Made by a program: the position numbers and the translations under genes. Below, piece after piece: positions 11,839 to 20,721 of a stretch of 38,890 nucleotides of DNA; position 1 is the stretch's first letter, and the number at the start of each line of letters is the position of its first letter. The notes under the pieces were generated by a model. It searched no databases. It saw only the letters and a list, made by a program, of their open reading frames with translations, and was not told the DNA's origin. Origin of the DNA: an uncultured Ruminococcus sp. (lineage in GTDB: Bacteria > Bacillota > Clostridia > RUG12999); NCBI GenBank assembly GCA_902784685.1, contig CACZWA010000013.1:1-38890 (forward strand). The letters are read 5' to 3'.

Positions 11839-13749
11839 TCAGCCTATTTTCGTTCCGCTCGGCATATCGCCGTCAACGGTCAAAAGAACAAGATTTTTGT
11901 CGTCCGCCGCCGCAAGAAGCATACCTTTAGACTCTATTCCCCTTATCTTTGCAGGTTTAAGGTTTGCAACAAGCACAATATTTTTACCGACAATGCTTTC
12001 GGGGGTATAATTTTTTGCTATCCCCGAAACAATAGTGCGTTCTTCGCCGCCGAGGTCAATTTTCAGTTTGAGCAGCTTATCGGCTTTTTCAACCTTTTCC
12101 GCCGCAAGCACTTTTGCAACACGCAAATCAATTTTTTCAATATCTTCAATTGTGATTTCCGGCTTTATATCAAGCTGAGGCTCCTGCGTATTTGCCGTAA
12201 GCTCTTCAAGCATCTTCTTTTCGTCAATTCTTGCAAACAGCGGAACTGCCTCGCCCACTTTCGTTTCCGCCTTGAAGTTTCCAAAGCTTTCAAGACTGTC
12301 TGCGCCGCAATCTGCGGCATTTATCATTGCAAGTATTTTCTCGCCTGTTTCGGGCATAAACGAAGTGATAAGAATACCGATAAATCTGATTGCTTCAATA
12401 AGGTTATAAAGAACCGTACCGAGTCTTTCCTTGGTTTCTTCACTTTTTGCAAGCGTCCACGGCGTTGTTTCGTCAATGTATTTATTGCTTCTTCTTGCAA
12501 GATTCATAATTATTTCAAGACTGTCCGCAACGTGATGACCCTTCATTGCCTCGCATACGTCTTTATATGCTTTAACCGCCGCAGCTTTAAGCTCACCGTC
12601 CGTGCCTTCTTCCGCACCGGGGCTTGGTACAGTTCCGTCAAAATACTTATTAACCATAGCAACTGTACGGTTTACAAGATTTCCGAGAATATTTGCAAGG
12701 TCGGAATTATACCGTGCAATAACCATTTCATAGGTTATACTGCCATCATTTGCAAACGGCATTTCGCTGAGTACATAGTAACGCACAGCGTCAACTCCGA
12801 ATTTCTCGGCAAGCTCGTCGGCATAAATAACATTACCCTTTGATTTACTCATTTTATCGTTTCCGAAAAGCAGCCACGGATGACCGAAAACCTGTTTCGG
12901 CAACGGCTCGCCGAGTGCCATAAGAATAATCGGCCAATATATTGTATGAAAACGAAGAATATCCTTGCCGATTATATGCACATCTGCCGGCCAGTATTTT
13001 TTATAGTTTTCGCCTTTGGCTTCCGGAGAATATCCGAGAGCGGTAATATAGTTTGAAAGTGCGTCAATCCAGACATAAATTACATGTTTATCGTCAAATT
13101 CAACGGGTACGCCCCATTTGAACGAGCTTCTCGAAACGCACAAATCCTGAAGTCCCGGCTTTAAGAAATTATTAACCATTTCTTTTTTTCGGGATTCGGG
13201 CTGTATAAATTCGGGGTTATCTTCAATATATTTCATAAGCCTGTCCGCATACTTGCTCATTTTAAAGAAATATGCTTCTTCCCTCGTTGGTTTAACAGGT
13301 CTGCCGCACTCGGGGCAACAGCCGTTAACAAGCTGTGTTTCGGTGAAACACGACTCACAGGGTACGCAGTACATACCCTCGTATTCGCTTTTATAAATAT
13401 CGCCTTGCTCATAAAGCTTGGTAAATATCTTCTTTACGGCTTCTTCGTGATAATCGTCGGTTGTGCGGATAAACTTGTCGTAGCTGACATTCATTTTATC
13501 CCATATTGTACGGATTTCGCCCGCAACCTTATCAACATAAGCTTTTGGGCTTATTCCTGCTTCCTTTGCAAGTTCTTCAATTTTCTGACCGTGTTCGTCC
13601 GTTCCCGTAAGGAAGAAAACATCGTAGCCCTGAAAACGTTTGAATCTCGCAATGGCATCGGTTAAAATAGCCTCATATGTGTTACCTATATGGGGCTTGC
13701 GTGATGTATATGCGATTGCCGTTGTGATATAAAACTTTTTATCTTCCAA
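11839..13749 (-). CDS. metG: methionine--tRNA ligase with C-terminal tRNA-binding domain
   Basis: FYITTAIAY, HIGN, GTDEHG, Zn knuckle, YVWIDAL, KMSKS, C-terminal OB fold; TTG start. Confidence 0.98.
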   Translation of the reverse strand: MEDKKFYITTAIAYTSRKPHIGNTYEAILTDAIARFKRFQGYDVFFLTGTDEHGQKIEELAKEAGISPKAYVDKVAGEIRTIWDKMNVSYDKFIRTTDDYHEEAVKKIFTKLYEQGDIYKSEYEGMYCVPCESCFTETQLVNGCCPECGRPVKPTREEAYFFKMSKYADRLMKYIEDNPEFIQPESRKKEMVNNFLKPGLQDLCVSRSSFKWGVPVEFDDKHVIYVWIDALSNYITALGYSPEAKGENYKKYWPADVHIIGKDILRFHTIYWPIILMALGEPLPKQVFGHPWLLFGNDKMSKSKGNVIYADELAEKFGVDAVRYYVLSEMPFANDGSITYEMVIARYNSDLANILGNLVNRTVAMVNKYFDGTVPSPGAEEGTDGELKAAAVKAYKDVCEAMKGHHVADSLEIIMNLARRSNKYIDETTPWTLAKSEETKERLGTVLYNLIEAIRFIGILITSFMPETGEKILAMINAADCGADSLESFGNFKAETKVGEAVPLFARIDEKKMLEELTANTQEPQLDIKPEITIEDIEKIDLRVAKVLAAEKVEKADKLLKLKIDLGGEERTIVSGIAKNYTPESIVGKNIVLVANLKPAKIRGIESKGMLLAAADDKNLVLLTVDGDMPSGTKIG

Positions 13750-13795
13750 TTCTGTTCAACCTTTCAATATTAAGCATAATAAAACACATATTACT

Positions 13796-13824
13796 ATTAT
13801 ACACTTATTTGTAAAAAAATTCAA
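13796..13824 (-). promoter_or_regulatory. sigmaA-type promoter for metG
   Basis: TTGAAT-17-TATAAT. Confidence 0.6.
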
Positions 13825-13847
13825 GTACTTTTAATAAAAAACTGAGA

Positions 13848-14009
13848 AAAGCTCCGCCAAACGGCGGAGCTTTCAGCTTAATGACAAAGTCATTAAGCTG
13901 AGCAGAGGCTGAGAAGCGAAGGTATATTTCGTCCTTTAAAACTCGTCGGCGTACATAGGTACGGTAGAGATGTCAGCACTCTGAAAGCTCCGCCAAACGG
14001 CGGAGCTTT
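13848..14009. mobile_element. MITE-like 110-bp insertion (13874-13983) flanked by an exact 26-bp direct repeat of a terminator hairpin
   Basis: AAAGCTCCGCCAAACGGCGGAGCTTT at 13848-13873 and 13984-14009. The insert has imperfect inverted ends (CAGCTTAATGACA / reverse complement CAGAGTGCTGACA). Confidence 0.7.
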
Positions 14010-14025
14010 TAACAACTCAAAACCT

Positions 14026-15630
14026 TTATGCCTGTTTTTTATCCGCAGTAACGGATTTTATTACAAACAATGTAGCAATCATAAGAACTATTGCTACGGG
14101 AAGGCAAATCCATACATTCTTTACGAAACCGGAAATTATGTACGAAACAAACGAAACGGCCGCAACCGTAATTGCATACGGAAGCTGTGTCGAAACGTGG
14201 TTAATATGGTTACACTGTCCTCCTGCGGACGACATAATTGTCGTATCGGAAATAGGTGAGCAGTGGTCGCCGCAAACAGCACCTGCAAGACAAGCAGACA
14301 TACCGATTATAAACAGCGGATCGCTCGGAGCAAACATTGCTGTTACTATCGGAATAAGAATACCGAATGTTCCCCAAGATGTACCTGTTGCAAAAGCAAG
14401 AAGGCAAGCAACAAGGAAGATAACAGCCGGAAGGAAGCTTGCAAGACCGGTGGCGGCGTTCTTCATAATTCCGTCAACGTAATCTGCGGCGCCGAGAAGA
14501 CCTGTCATATTTTTAAGGGTTGTTGCAAAGGTAAGAATAAGAATTGCCGGTACCATTGCTGTAAAGCCCTTCGGAATACATTCCATAGCTTCTTTAAAGC
14601 TTACAACTCGTCTTGCAACAAGATAGATAATTGTAACAACAAGTGCAATGAGCGCACCCCACGGAAGACCTACGGTTGCATCTGTATCACTGAAAGCGTC
14701 AACAAAGCTTGCACCGCTGAAGAAGCCGCCGTTATAAATAAGAGCTACTACGCAAATTGCAATAAGCACAACAATCGGAAGTACAAGGTCGATAACCTTA
14801 CCCTTTGAAGAAGGAGCTTCTTCGGGTACTTCTGCTTTTTCGCCGCTTGTATAAAGGTCGCCTTTTTCAAGTGCGTTCTTTTCGTGAATTTTCATCGGGC
14901 CGTAATCAAACTTCATAAGAGAAATTGCAATTACGAAAACAAGTGTAAGAAGCGAATAGAAGTTAAACGGAATCGCTTTTATAAAGAGTGCGATACCCTG
15001 TCCTTCGGGAGCGTAGCTCGAAACTGCCGCAGCCCATGAAGAAATCGGAGCAATCATACATATGGGAGCCGCCGTTGCGTCAATAATAAACGCAAGCTTT
15101 GCTCTTGAAATTTTATGACTGTCTGTTACAGGGCGCATTACAGAACCAACTGTAAGGCAGTTGAAATAGTCGTCTATGAAAATAAGTACGCCGAGTGCAA
15201 AGGTTGCAAGCATAGCGCCGGGTCTTGTTTTAATGTTCTTCTTTGCCCATGCGCCGAAAGCCGCACTACCGCCTGCCTTGTTTACAAGAGCAACAATCGT
15301 GCCGAGTATAACAAGGAAGATAAAAATACCGGCAGTATCCGCAACAGCCGCCATAAGACCGTCCTCTACAAGTCTGTCCATAGCCGCAACCGGAGCAAAA
15401 TCAGCCGCAAAAAGCGCACCGACTACAATACCGATGAAAAGAGAAGAATAAACTTCTTTTGTGATAAGCGCAAGTCCGATTGCGATAATCGGCGGAATAA
15501 GCGCCCAGAAGCTCGCATACATTTTCGGAGCTTCGTCTTCGCCTGCAGCAAAGCAACAGACTGTCATTGCCAGCATGAGCATTACCGTCAGAAGCGAGGT
15601 GGCGGTAAAAGCCTTTTTAAAGTTTTTCAT
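14026..15630 (-). CDS. NhaC-family transporter, probable lysine transporter (LysW-like)
   Basis: IFIDDYFN, DATAAP, ATGTSWGTFGI, GDHCSPISDTTIMSS, HVSTQLPYA; lysine riboswitch upstream. Confidence 0.9.
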   Translation of the reverse strand: MKNFKKAFTATSLLTVMLMLAMTVCCFAAGEDEAPKMYASFWALIPPIIAIGLALITKEVYSSLFIGIVVGALFAADFAPVAAMDRLVEDGLMAAVADTAGIFIFLVILGTIVALVNKAGGSAAFGAWAKKNIKTRPGAMLATFALGVLIFIDDYFNCLTVGSVMRPVTDSHKISRAKLAFIIDATAAPICMIAPISSWAAAVSSYAPEGQGIALFIKAIPFNFYSLLTLVFVIAISLMKFDYGPMKIHEKNALEKGDLYTSGEKAEVPEEAPSSKGKVIDLVLPIVVLIAICVVALIYNGGFFSGASFVDAFSDTDATVGLPWGALIALVVTIIYLVARRVVSFKEAMECIPKGFTAMVPAILILTFATTLKNMTGLLGAADYVDGIMKNAATGLASFLPAVIFLVACLLAFATGTSWGTFGILIPIVTAMFAPSDPLFIIGMSACLAGAVCGDHCSPISDTTIMSSAGGQCNHINHVSTQLPYAITVAAVSFVSYIISGFVKNVWICLPVAIVLMIATLFVIKSVTADKKQA

Positions 15631-15655
15631 AAAAAACTCTCCTTAAAATAAATTT

Positions 15656-15694
15656 TAAAAAAGGTCACGGCATGCACTACTGCAAACCGTGACC
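15656..15694 (-). terminator. riboswitch expression-platform terminator
   Basis: GGTCACGG...CCGTGACC followed by TTTTTT on the minus strand, just upstream of the RBS. Confidence 0.8.
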
Positions 15695-15711
15695 ATAAAC
15701 TAACGATTTTG

Positions 15712-15885
15712 GGTTGCAATAGCTCTCCACTAAAATAAGTGACAGTGCAATGCATATTCTGCATTACCCCGGCGGCGATTTCTTCGGGCAAAAAACCGCG
15801 CCTCGGCACTCTCCCCTTTCGCCGCTTACGTTTGCCCAAAATTAAGCGGGTACTGATGAATTGTGCGCCTCTACTTGCGATAACC
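15712..15885 (-). ncRNA. lysine riboswitch
   Basis: Minus strand has AGAGGCGC...AGTA...GAAAGG...GCCGA...ACTGTC...GGAGAGCT in canonical order, with a closing P1 stem. Confidence 0.93.
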
Positions 15886-15978
15886 AATTTTACTTACATA
15901 TATTATCACATTTATATGTACATTTCAATCGTCATTTTTTACAAAATTTTACTGCATTTTTTTGTATATTGTATATTT

Positions 15979-16104
15979 TTACGGCAAATTCCGCCCATCA
16001 TTTACGCAGGTATAGCCGTCCTTTGTTTCAAATTCAAGTTCCTTGTTTTGAGGTGCGAGATATACCCTTTCTACCTCATGCGGAAGCTTTACCTTTAACG
16101 CAAC
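15979..16104 (-). pseudogene. orphan 3' gene fragment truncated at the IS end
   Basis: VALKVKLPHEVERVYLAPQNKELEFETKDGYTCVNDGRNLP* with no start codon; begins at the base adjoining the TGT of the IS-like end. Confidence 0.55.
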
Positions 16105-16300
16105 TGTTGTGATACAATTGATGGGTGACAAATAAAAAAGAAAATAGGCTCCAAATATGATATAATGTTAGAGACCAATCAAAACATTATGCAAAGGAGC
16201 TATTTTCTTATGAATAATATTATAACATCAGAAGCTAAGTTTTGTCACATCAGAAGCTAAGTTTTGTCAACGGGTAATTAAATATTCGTATAAATACTGA
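16105..16300 (+). mobile_element. IS481-like left-end remnant with dead transposase N-terminus
   Basis: Starts TGTTGTGATACAA. Long inverted repeat enclosing TGATATAAT and RBS AAGGAG; ATG 16210. Reads MNNIITSEAKFCQRVIKYSYKY* once a 22-bp duplication is removed. Confidence 0.6.
16225..16268 (+). repeat. perfect 22-bp tandem duplication
   Basis: ACATCAGAAGCTAAGTTTTGTC x2. Confidence 0.95.
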
Positions 16301-16334
16301 TGTACAATTTATGTGAAATTTTTGTATTTACCCC

Positions 16335-16363
16335 TTGACAAAGCATAAATTATGTGGTATAAT
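16335..16363 (+). promoter_or_regulatory. consensus sigmaA promoter for infC operon
   Basis: TTGACA-17-TATAAT with TGn extension. Confidence 0.9.
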
Positions 16364-16377
16364 TTAAAAGAATTAAC

Positions 16378-16506
16378 AAGCAGAGGTTTTCGCTTCTCGC
16401 CTGCCGATTATAAGAGCGGAGGGCAAATATTATTGAGTGTTCCTGATTTATGAGGAATATTCTATGGTATTTTGAGGCGGAAATTTTAACCGGCTCAATT
16501 TTTTTT
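16378..16506 (+). ncRNA. ribosomal protein L20 leader
   Basis: AAGCAGAGG...CGCTTCTCGCCTG motif and a terminal hairpin with U-tract upstream of infC-rpmI-rplT. Confidence 0.8.
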
Positions 16507-16519
16507 GGAGGTGTTAAAG

Positions 16520-17029
16520 ATAGCAAAGGAGCTTTTAATTAACGAGGAAATTAAACACAAGGAAATCAGGGTGGTAGACAGCGACGGCGGTCAGCTCGGC
16601 ATTCTTTCCCTTAAAGAAGCCATGCGCATTGCCGACGAAAAAAATCTTGACCTTGTAGAAATTGCTCCACAGGCACAGCCGCCTGTATGCAAAATTATGG
16701 ATTACGGCAAGTACAGGTTTGACCGTGCAAAACGTGAAAAGGAAACACGCAAAAATCAGAAAGTCGTAAGCATTAAAGAGGTAAGGCTTACCCCGTCGAT
16801 TGATGTCGGAGACCTTGAAACAAAAGTCAGACAGGCTAAAAAATTCATTGCCGCAGGCGATAAAGTTAAGGTATCGCTTCGTTTCAGAGGTCGTGAGCTT
16901 GCTCATACAGATGTGGGCGCACCCCTGCTTGATAAATTTGCCGCTTATTTTGAGGGTGAGGCGACAGTTGAAAAACAGGCTAAAATGGAAGGCAGAAGCA
17001 TGGTTATGTTCCTTACGCCTAAACAGTAA
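16520..17029 (+). CDS. infC: translation initiation factor IF-3 (probable AUA start)
   Basis: INEEI...LDLVEI...PPVCKIMDYGKY...FRGRE. RBS GGAGGTG (16507-16513) is correctly spaced for ATA 16520. Confidence 0.97.
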   Translation: MAKELLINEEIKHKEIRVVDSDGGQLGILSLKEAMRIADEKNLDLVEIAPQAQPPVCKIMDYGKYRFDRAKREKETRKNQKVVSIKEVRLTPSIDVGDLETKVRQAKKFIAAGDKVKVSLRFRGRELAHTDVGAPLLDKFAAYFEGEATVEKQAKMEGRSMVMFLTPKQ

Positions 17030-17104
17030 ATACGTTTATGATTTGCAGAGAATTCTTATTTTCTGAATTTCACATAATATCAATTTCTGAGAGGAGAGAA
17101 AAAT

Positions 17105-17302
17105 ATGCCTAAAATAAAGACACACAGAGGCGCAGCTAAGAGATTTAATCTCACAAAAAACGGTAAAGTTAAAAAGAATCACGCCGGAAGACGTCACATT
17201 CTTACAAAGAAATCAACAAAGAGAAAACGCGGTCTCAGAAAACAGAGCTATGCAGTTCCTGCAAATGCAGCTGTAATCAAAAAGTTAATTCCGTACAAAT
17301 AA
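17105..17302 (+). CDS. rpmI: 50S ribosomal protein L35
   Basis: [14 protein letters not shown]...HILTKKS. Confidence 0.99.
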   Translation: MPKIKTHRGAAKRFNLTKNGKVKKNHAGRRHILTKKSTKRKRGLRKQSYAVPANAAVIKKLIPYK

Positions 17303-17322
17303 ACATAGGAGGTTGAGATTAA

Positions 17323-17676
17323 ATGGCCAGAGTTAAAGGCGCAGTTACAACAAGAAGAAGACATAAAAAAATATTAAAGCTTGCCAAGGGTTATTTCGGT
17401 GGCAAATCCAAGCTGTTCAGAACAGCCAACGAAGCTGTTATGAAGTCGCTTGTATATTCTTATATAGGACGTAAACAGAAAAAGAGAAACTTCAGAAAGC
17501 TTTGGATAACTCGTATAAGTGCTGCTGCAAAGCTTAACGGCATGAATTATTCAACATTTATGCACGGTCTTAAAAACGCAGGTATTACGCTTAACAGAAA
17601 AGCTATTTCGGAAATGGCAATAAGCGACCCTGCTGCTTTTACCGCTCTTGCAGAAGCTGCTAAAAAAGCACTTTAA
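17323..17676 (+). CDS. rplT: 50S ribosomal protein L20
   Basis: MARVK...LAKGY...FRKLWITRI...LNRK. Confidence 0.99.
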   Translation: MARVKGAVTTRRRHKKILKLAKGYFGGKSKLFRTANEAVMKSLVYSYIGRKQKKRNFRKLWITRISAAAKLNGMNYSTFMHGLKNAGITLNRKAISEMAISDPAAFTALAEAAKKAL

Positions 17677-17693
17677 AATTTAAAAACATATTT

Positions 17694-17720
17694 AAAACGC
17701 CTCGAAAATCGAGGCGTTTT
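17694..17720. terminator. bidirectional intrinsic terminator
   Basis: AAAACGCCTCGA-AAA-TCGAGGCGTTTT. Confidence 0.9.
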
Positions 17721-17723
17721 GTC

Positions 17724-18167
17724 TTACACTATTTTATTTTTAAGAAACTCGCAAAAAGCTTTAATATCTTTTTCGCTCGGTCTGCCCTTCCCCGTTCCGC
17801 CGATAAGCTTAAACGGTCCGAAAGTATTAAAGCCTTTGCATGAATACTCTCCTATAATTTCACAGTTTTTGTCTTTTGCGATATTAACCGCCGTTTTTGA
17901 ATAGCTTTTCATATTCACTCCGCTTGTATGCACAACAAAAACTTTCTTGCCGACAGGCAATTTTTCGTTCAAAAATTTAAGAAGCGGTTTGCCGAAAGAT
18001 GATGCGTAAATCCCCGAAGCAATGCCGATTACATCGTATTCTTCAAGATTCGGCTTTTCTTTTACCACATCAAAAACATCAATTTCGGGATAACGACTCT
18101 TTGCGCCTTCCACAAGCTTTCTTGTGTTGCCGTGGTGGGCGGAAAAATAAACAATCGCTGTTTTCAT
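17724..18167 (-). CDS. flavodoxin-family protein
   Basis: MKTAIVYFSAHHGNT, GIASGIY, CKGFNTFGPFKLIGG..KGRP; real start probably ATG 18167. Confidence 0.9.
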   Translation of the reverse strand: MKTAIVYFSAHHGNTRKLVEGAKSRYPEIDVFDVVKEKPNLEEYDVIGIASGIYASSFGKPLLKFLNEKLPVGKKVFVVHTSGVNMKSYSKTAVNIAKDKNCEIIGEYSCKGFNTFGPFKLIGGTGKGRPSEKDIKAFCEFLKNKIV

Positions 18168-18186
18168 AAATTTTTCCCCTTTCATA

Positions 18187-18537
18187 TCAGAATTTTTCAT
18201 TCCAGCTTTCCTCTTTAAAGCCGACAAGCACAAAATCATCGCCAACAACAAGCGGTCTTTTAACAAGCATGCCGTCGCTTGCGAGTAATTTTAGCTGTTC
18301 TTCCTCACTCATTGATGGAAGCTTGTCTTTAAGGTTCAGCTCTTTATACAAAAGCCCACTTGTGTTAAAAAACTTTTTTAGCGGCATACCGCTCATTTTT
18401 TGCCAGTTATAAAGCTCATCATAGCTCGGATTTTCCTTTTTAATATCTCTCTCATCATAAGGAATATTCTTGTCGTCAAGCCATTTTTTTGCCTTTTTAC
18501 AAGTGGAGCATTTTGGATAATGTATAAATGTAATCAT
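18187..18537 (-). CDS. ArsC/Spx-family thioredoxin-fold protein (YusI-like)
   Basis: YPKCSTCKKA, FFNTSG, GMLVKRP, VGFKE. Confidence 0.9.
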   Translation of the reverse strand: MITFIHYPKCSTCKKAKKWLDDKNIPYDERDIKKENPSYDELYNWQKMSGMPLKKFFNTSGLLYKELNLKDKLPSMSEEEQLKLLASDGMLVKRPLVVGDDFVLVGFKEESWNEKF

Positions 18538-18560
18538 AGTTTTCTCCTTTTCTCTTTATT

Positions 18561-19247
18561 TTAATAGAAAAAAGCAATTTGCGCAAGCACCGCCGAAATA
18601 AATATAGCAGGTATGTAATTTACAATTTTAAGCTTTGTAACTCCAAGAAGATTAAAGCCTATCATCATTATAAGCAGTGAGCCGGAGCAGGTCATTTCCG
18701 CAATTGCCGTTTCCGTAAGATATGGTTCAAGAAAGCCCGAAAGGAGCGTAATTGCGCCCTGATATATAAATACGGGCACTGCCGAAAGCATTACGCCAAA
18801 CCCAAGCTGGGAAGCGAGAATGATTGACATTATTCCGTCAAGTATAGACTTTGTAAAAAGAGTTGAGTGGTCGCCCGAAATACCGCTCTGAAGCGAGCCG
18901 ACAATAGCCATAGCTCCGACACCGTACAGAAGGGTTGCCGTAACAAATGCTTGCGAGATTTTATTATCGTTCCCCTTAAAGCGGCTCTGAACGTAATCGC
19001 CGAGCTTATTCATTTTCCCTTCAAGGTCAAAAAGTTCTCCTATAAAAGCCCCGATTGCTATTGATATTACAATAACAAGTGTACTTTTTCCTTTTAGAAG
19101 TCCCGTTATTCCGACATATACGGTGCAAAACGCCATACCGCCTATAATAACATCACGAAATCTTTCGGGAATCCCTTTTTTAAGGGCAAGTCCTATAAGA
19201 CTGCCGAAAAAAATCGTTGCAAAATTTACTGCTGCGCCAAGTAACAT
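18561..19247 (-). CDS. DUF554 (YdfK/YqgA-like) membrane protein
   Basis: VGAMAIVGSLQSG...KSILDG...YQG; multiple TM helices. Confidence 0.88.
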   Translation of the reverse strand: MLLGAAVNFATIFFGSLIGLALKKGIPERFRDVIIGGMAFCTVYVGITGLLKGKSTLVIVISIAIGAFIGELFDLEGKMNKLGDYVQSRFKGNDNKISQAFVTATLLYGVGAMAIVGSLQSGISGDHSTLFTKSILDGIMSIILASQLGFGVMLSAVPVFIYQGAITLLSGFLEPYLTETAIAEMTCSGSLLIMMIGFNLLGVTKLKIVNYIPAIFISAVLAQIAFFY

Positions 19248-19266
19248 TTTCTAAAAATCCTCCAAG

Positions 19267-20703
19267 TTATTTTCTCCATGTGTACGGTGAGAAGAACACC
19301 AACATCGGGAATATTTCAAGTCTTCCCGCAAGCATGTCGAAAATAAGAATCAGTTTTGAAAGCGGTGAATAAAAGCCGAAATTCTTTGTCGGACCAACGT
19401 CCGCAAAGCCGGGTCCGATATTGTTAAGCGAAGCTATTACCGCAGTAAAATTCGTTGTAAAGCTATGCCCGTCAATGCTTATAATAAGCAGCGAAATGAG
19501 CAGTATCGCAAGATATGCCATCATAAAAACGTTTATGGCTCTTACCGTTTCGTGTTCAACGGTTTTGCCGTTCATAGTTATTTTATGAGTGCTTTTCGGC
19601 ATGGCGGCAATTTTTATTTCTTTAACAATGCTTTTGCAAAGTATTACAATTCTCGATACTTTTATTCCGCCGCCCGTACTGCCCGCACACGCACCCGAAA
19701 GCATAAGCATGAGCAGAATTGTCTTTGCAAATTCGGGCCACATATCAAAATCTGTCGTGCCGTAGCCGGTTGTCGATATAAGCGAAGCCGTTTGAAACGC
19801 AGTATGACGGAGAAGCTCGCTGAAAGAGCCGAAATACCCATGACAACTGAGACACAAAAGCGCTATTGCCGAAACAACAATACCAATATATGCCTTAAAC
19901 TCGTCTGAACGCAAAACCCCGAAAATATGCTTTACAAAAAGCAGGTAATATATTGAAAAATCTATTCCGAACAGGAACATAAACACAGTAACTACCCACT
20001 GGCAGTATGGTGAAAAAGACGCCAGACTGTCGTTTCTTATGCCAAGACCTCCTGTACCTGCCGTTCCGAAAGAGGTTGTGAGCGAATCAAAAAGATTCAT
20101 ACCTCCCGCAAGCAAAAAGATTATTTCAAGCAAGGTAAAGAGGATATAAATTCCGTACAGAATTTTTGCGGTTGACTTTACCTTAGGCACAAGCTTACTT
20201 ACCGAAGGACCCGGACTTTCCGCTTTGATAAGATACAGATTGCTTCCACCCGAAAGAGGCAAAATTGCCACAAGGAAAACAAGCACGCCCATGCCGCCTA
20301 TCCAATGTGTAAAACTGCGCCAAAACAGAATTGACCTCGGCAGGCTTTCAACCTCCGGCAAAATTGACGCACCGGTTGTTGTAAAGCCTGAAACCGTTTC
20401 AAAAAGCGCATTTATAAAGTTTGGTATCACTCCCGAAATAACAAACGGAAACGATCCGAAAAGACTTATTACAAGCCAACTGAGCGCAACTATTACATAT
20501 CCTTCTTTGGAATACATTGCTTTATTTTCAGGCTTAACTGCTGTAAGCAATGCTCCGCAAACAACGCATACAGCGGCGCAAAGGGCAAATACGCCGAATT
20601 CTCTTTCGCCGTAAATACCTGCGCATATAAGCGGAAGTACCATACAAGCCGCTTCAAAATTCAGTACCCAACCGACCGTATATCTTATAATTTTATAGTT
20701 CAT
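19267..20703 (-). CDS. trkH: Trk potassium uptake membrane protein
   Basis: FETVSGFTTTGA, WIGGMG, STTGY, GACAGSTGGGIK, NNIGPG, GRLEI. Confidence 0.96.
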   Translation of the reverse strand: MNYKIIRYTVGWVLNFEAACMVLPLICAGIYGEREFGVFALCAAVCVVCGALLTAVKPENKAMYSKEGYVIVALSWLVISLFGSFPFVISGVIPNFINALFETVSGFTTTGASILPEVESLPRSILFWRSFTHWIGGMGVLVFLVAILPLSGGSNLYLIKAESPGPSVSKLVPKVKSTAKILYGIYILFTLLEIIFLLAGGMNLFDSLTTSFGTAGTGGLGIRNDSLASFSPYCQWVVTVFMFLFGIDFSIYYLLFVKHIFGVLRSDEFKAYIGIVVSAIALLCLSCHGYFGSFSELLRHTAFQTASLISTTGYGTTDFDMWPEFAKTILLMLMLSGACAGSTGGGIKVSRIVILCKSIVKEIKIAAMPKSTHKITMNGKTVEHETVRAINVFMMAYLAILLISLLIISIDGHSFTTNFTAVIASLNNIGPGFADVGPTKNFGFYSPLSKLILIFDMLAGRLEIFPMLVFFSPYTWRK

Positions 20704-20721
20704 TAAATCCCGTTCTTTCAG

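Noticed and set aside
13848-14009. Two palindromic direct repeats as a mini-CRISPR
   Set aside because: Only two copies, a 110-bp interval, no cas genes, and the repeat is a terminator
15627-16112. ORFs 15627-15887, 15739-16098 and 15861-16112
   Set aside because: They overlap the lysine riboswitch and promoter region, lack an RBS and have no protein-like motifs
16225-16268. 22-bp repeat as CRISPR or iteron
   Set aside because: No spacer; it is a simple tandem duplication inside a decayed ORF
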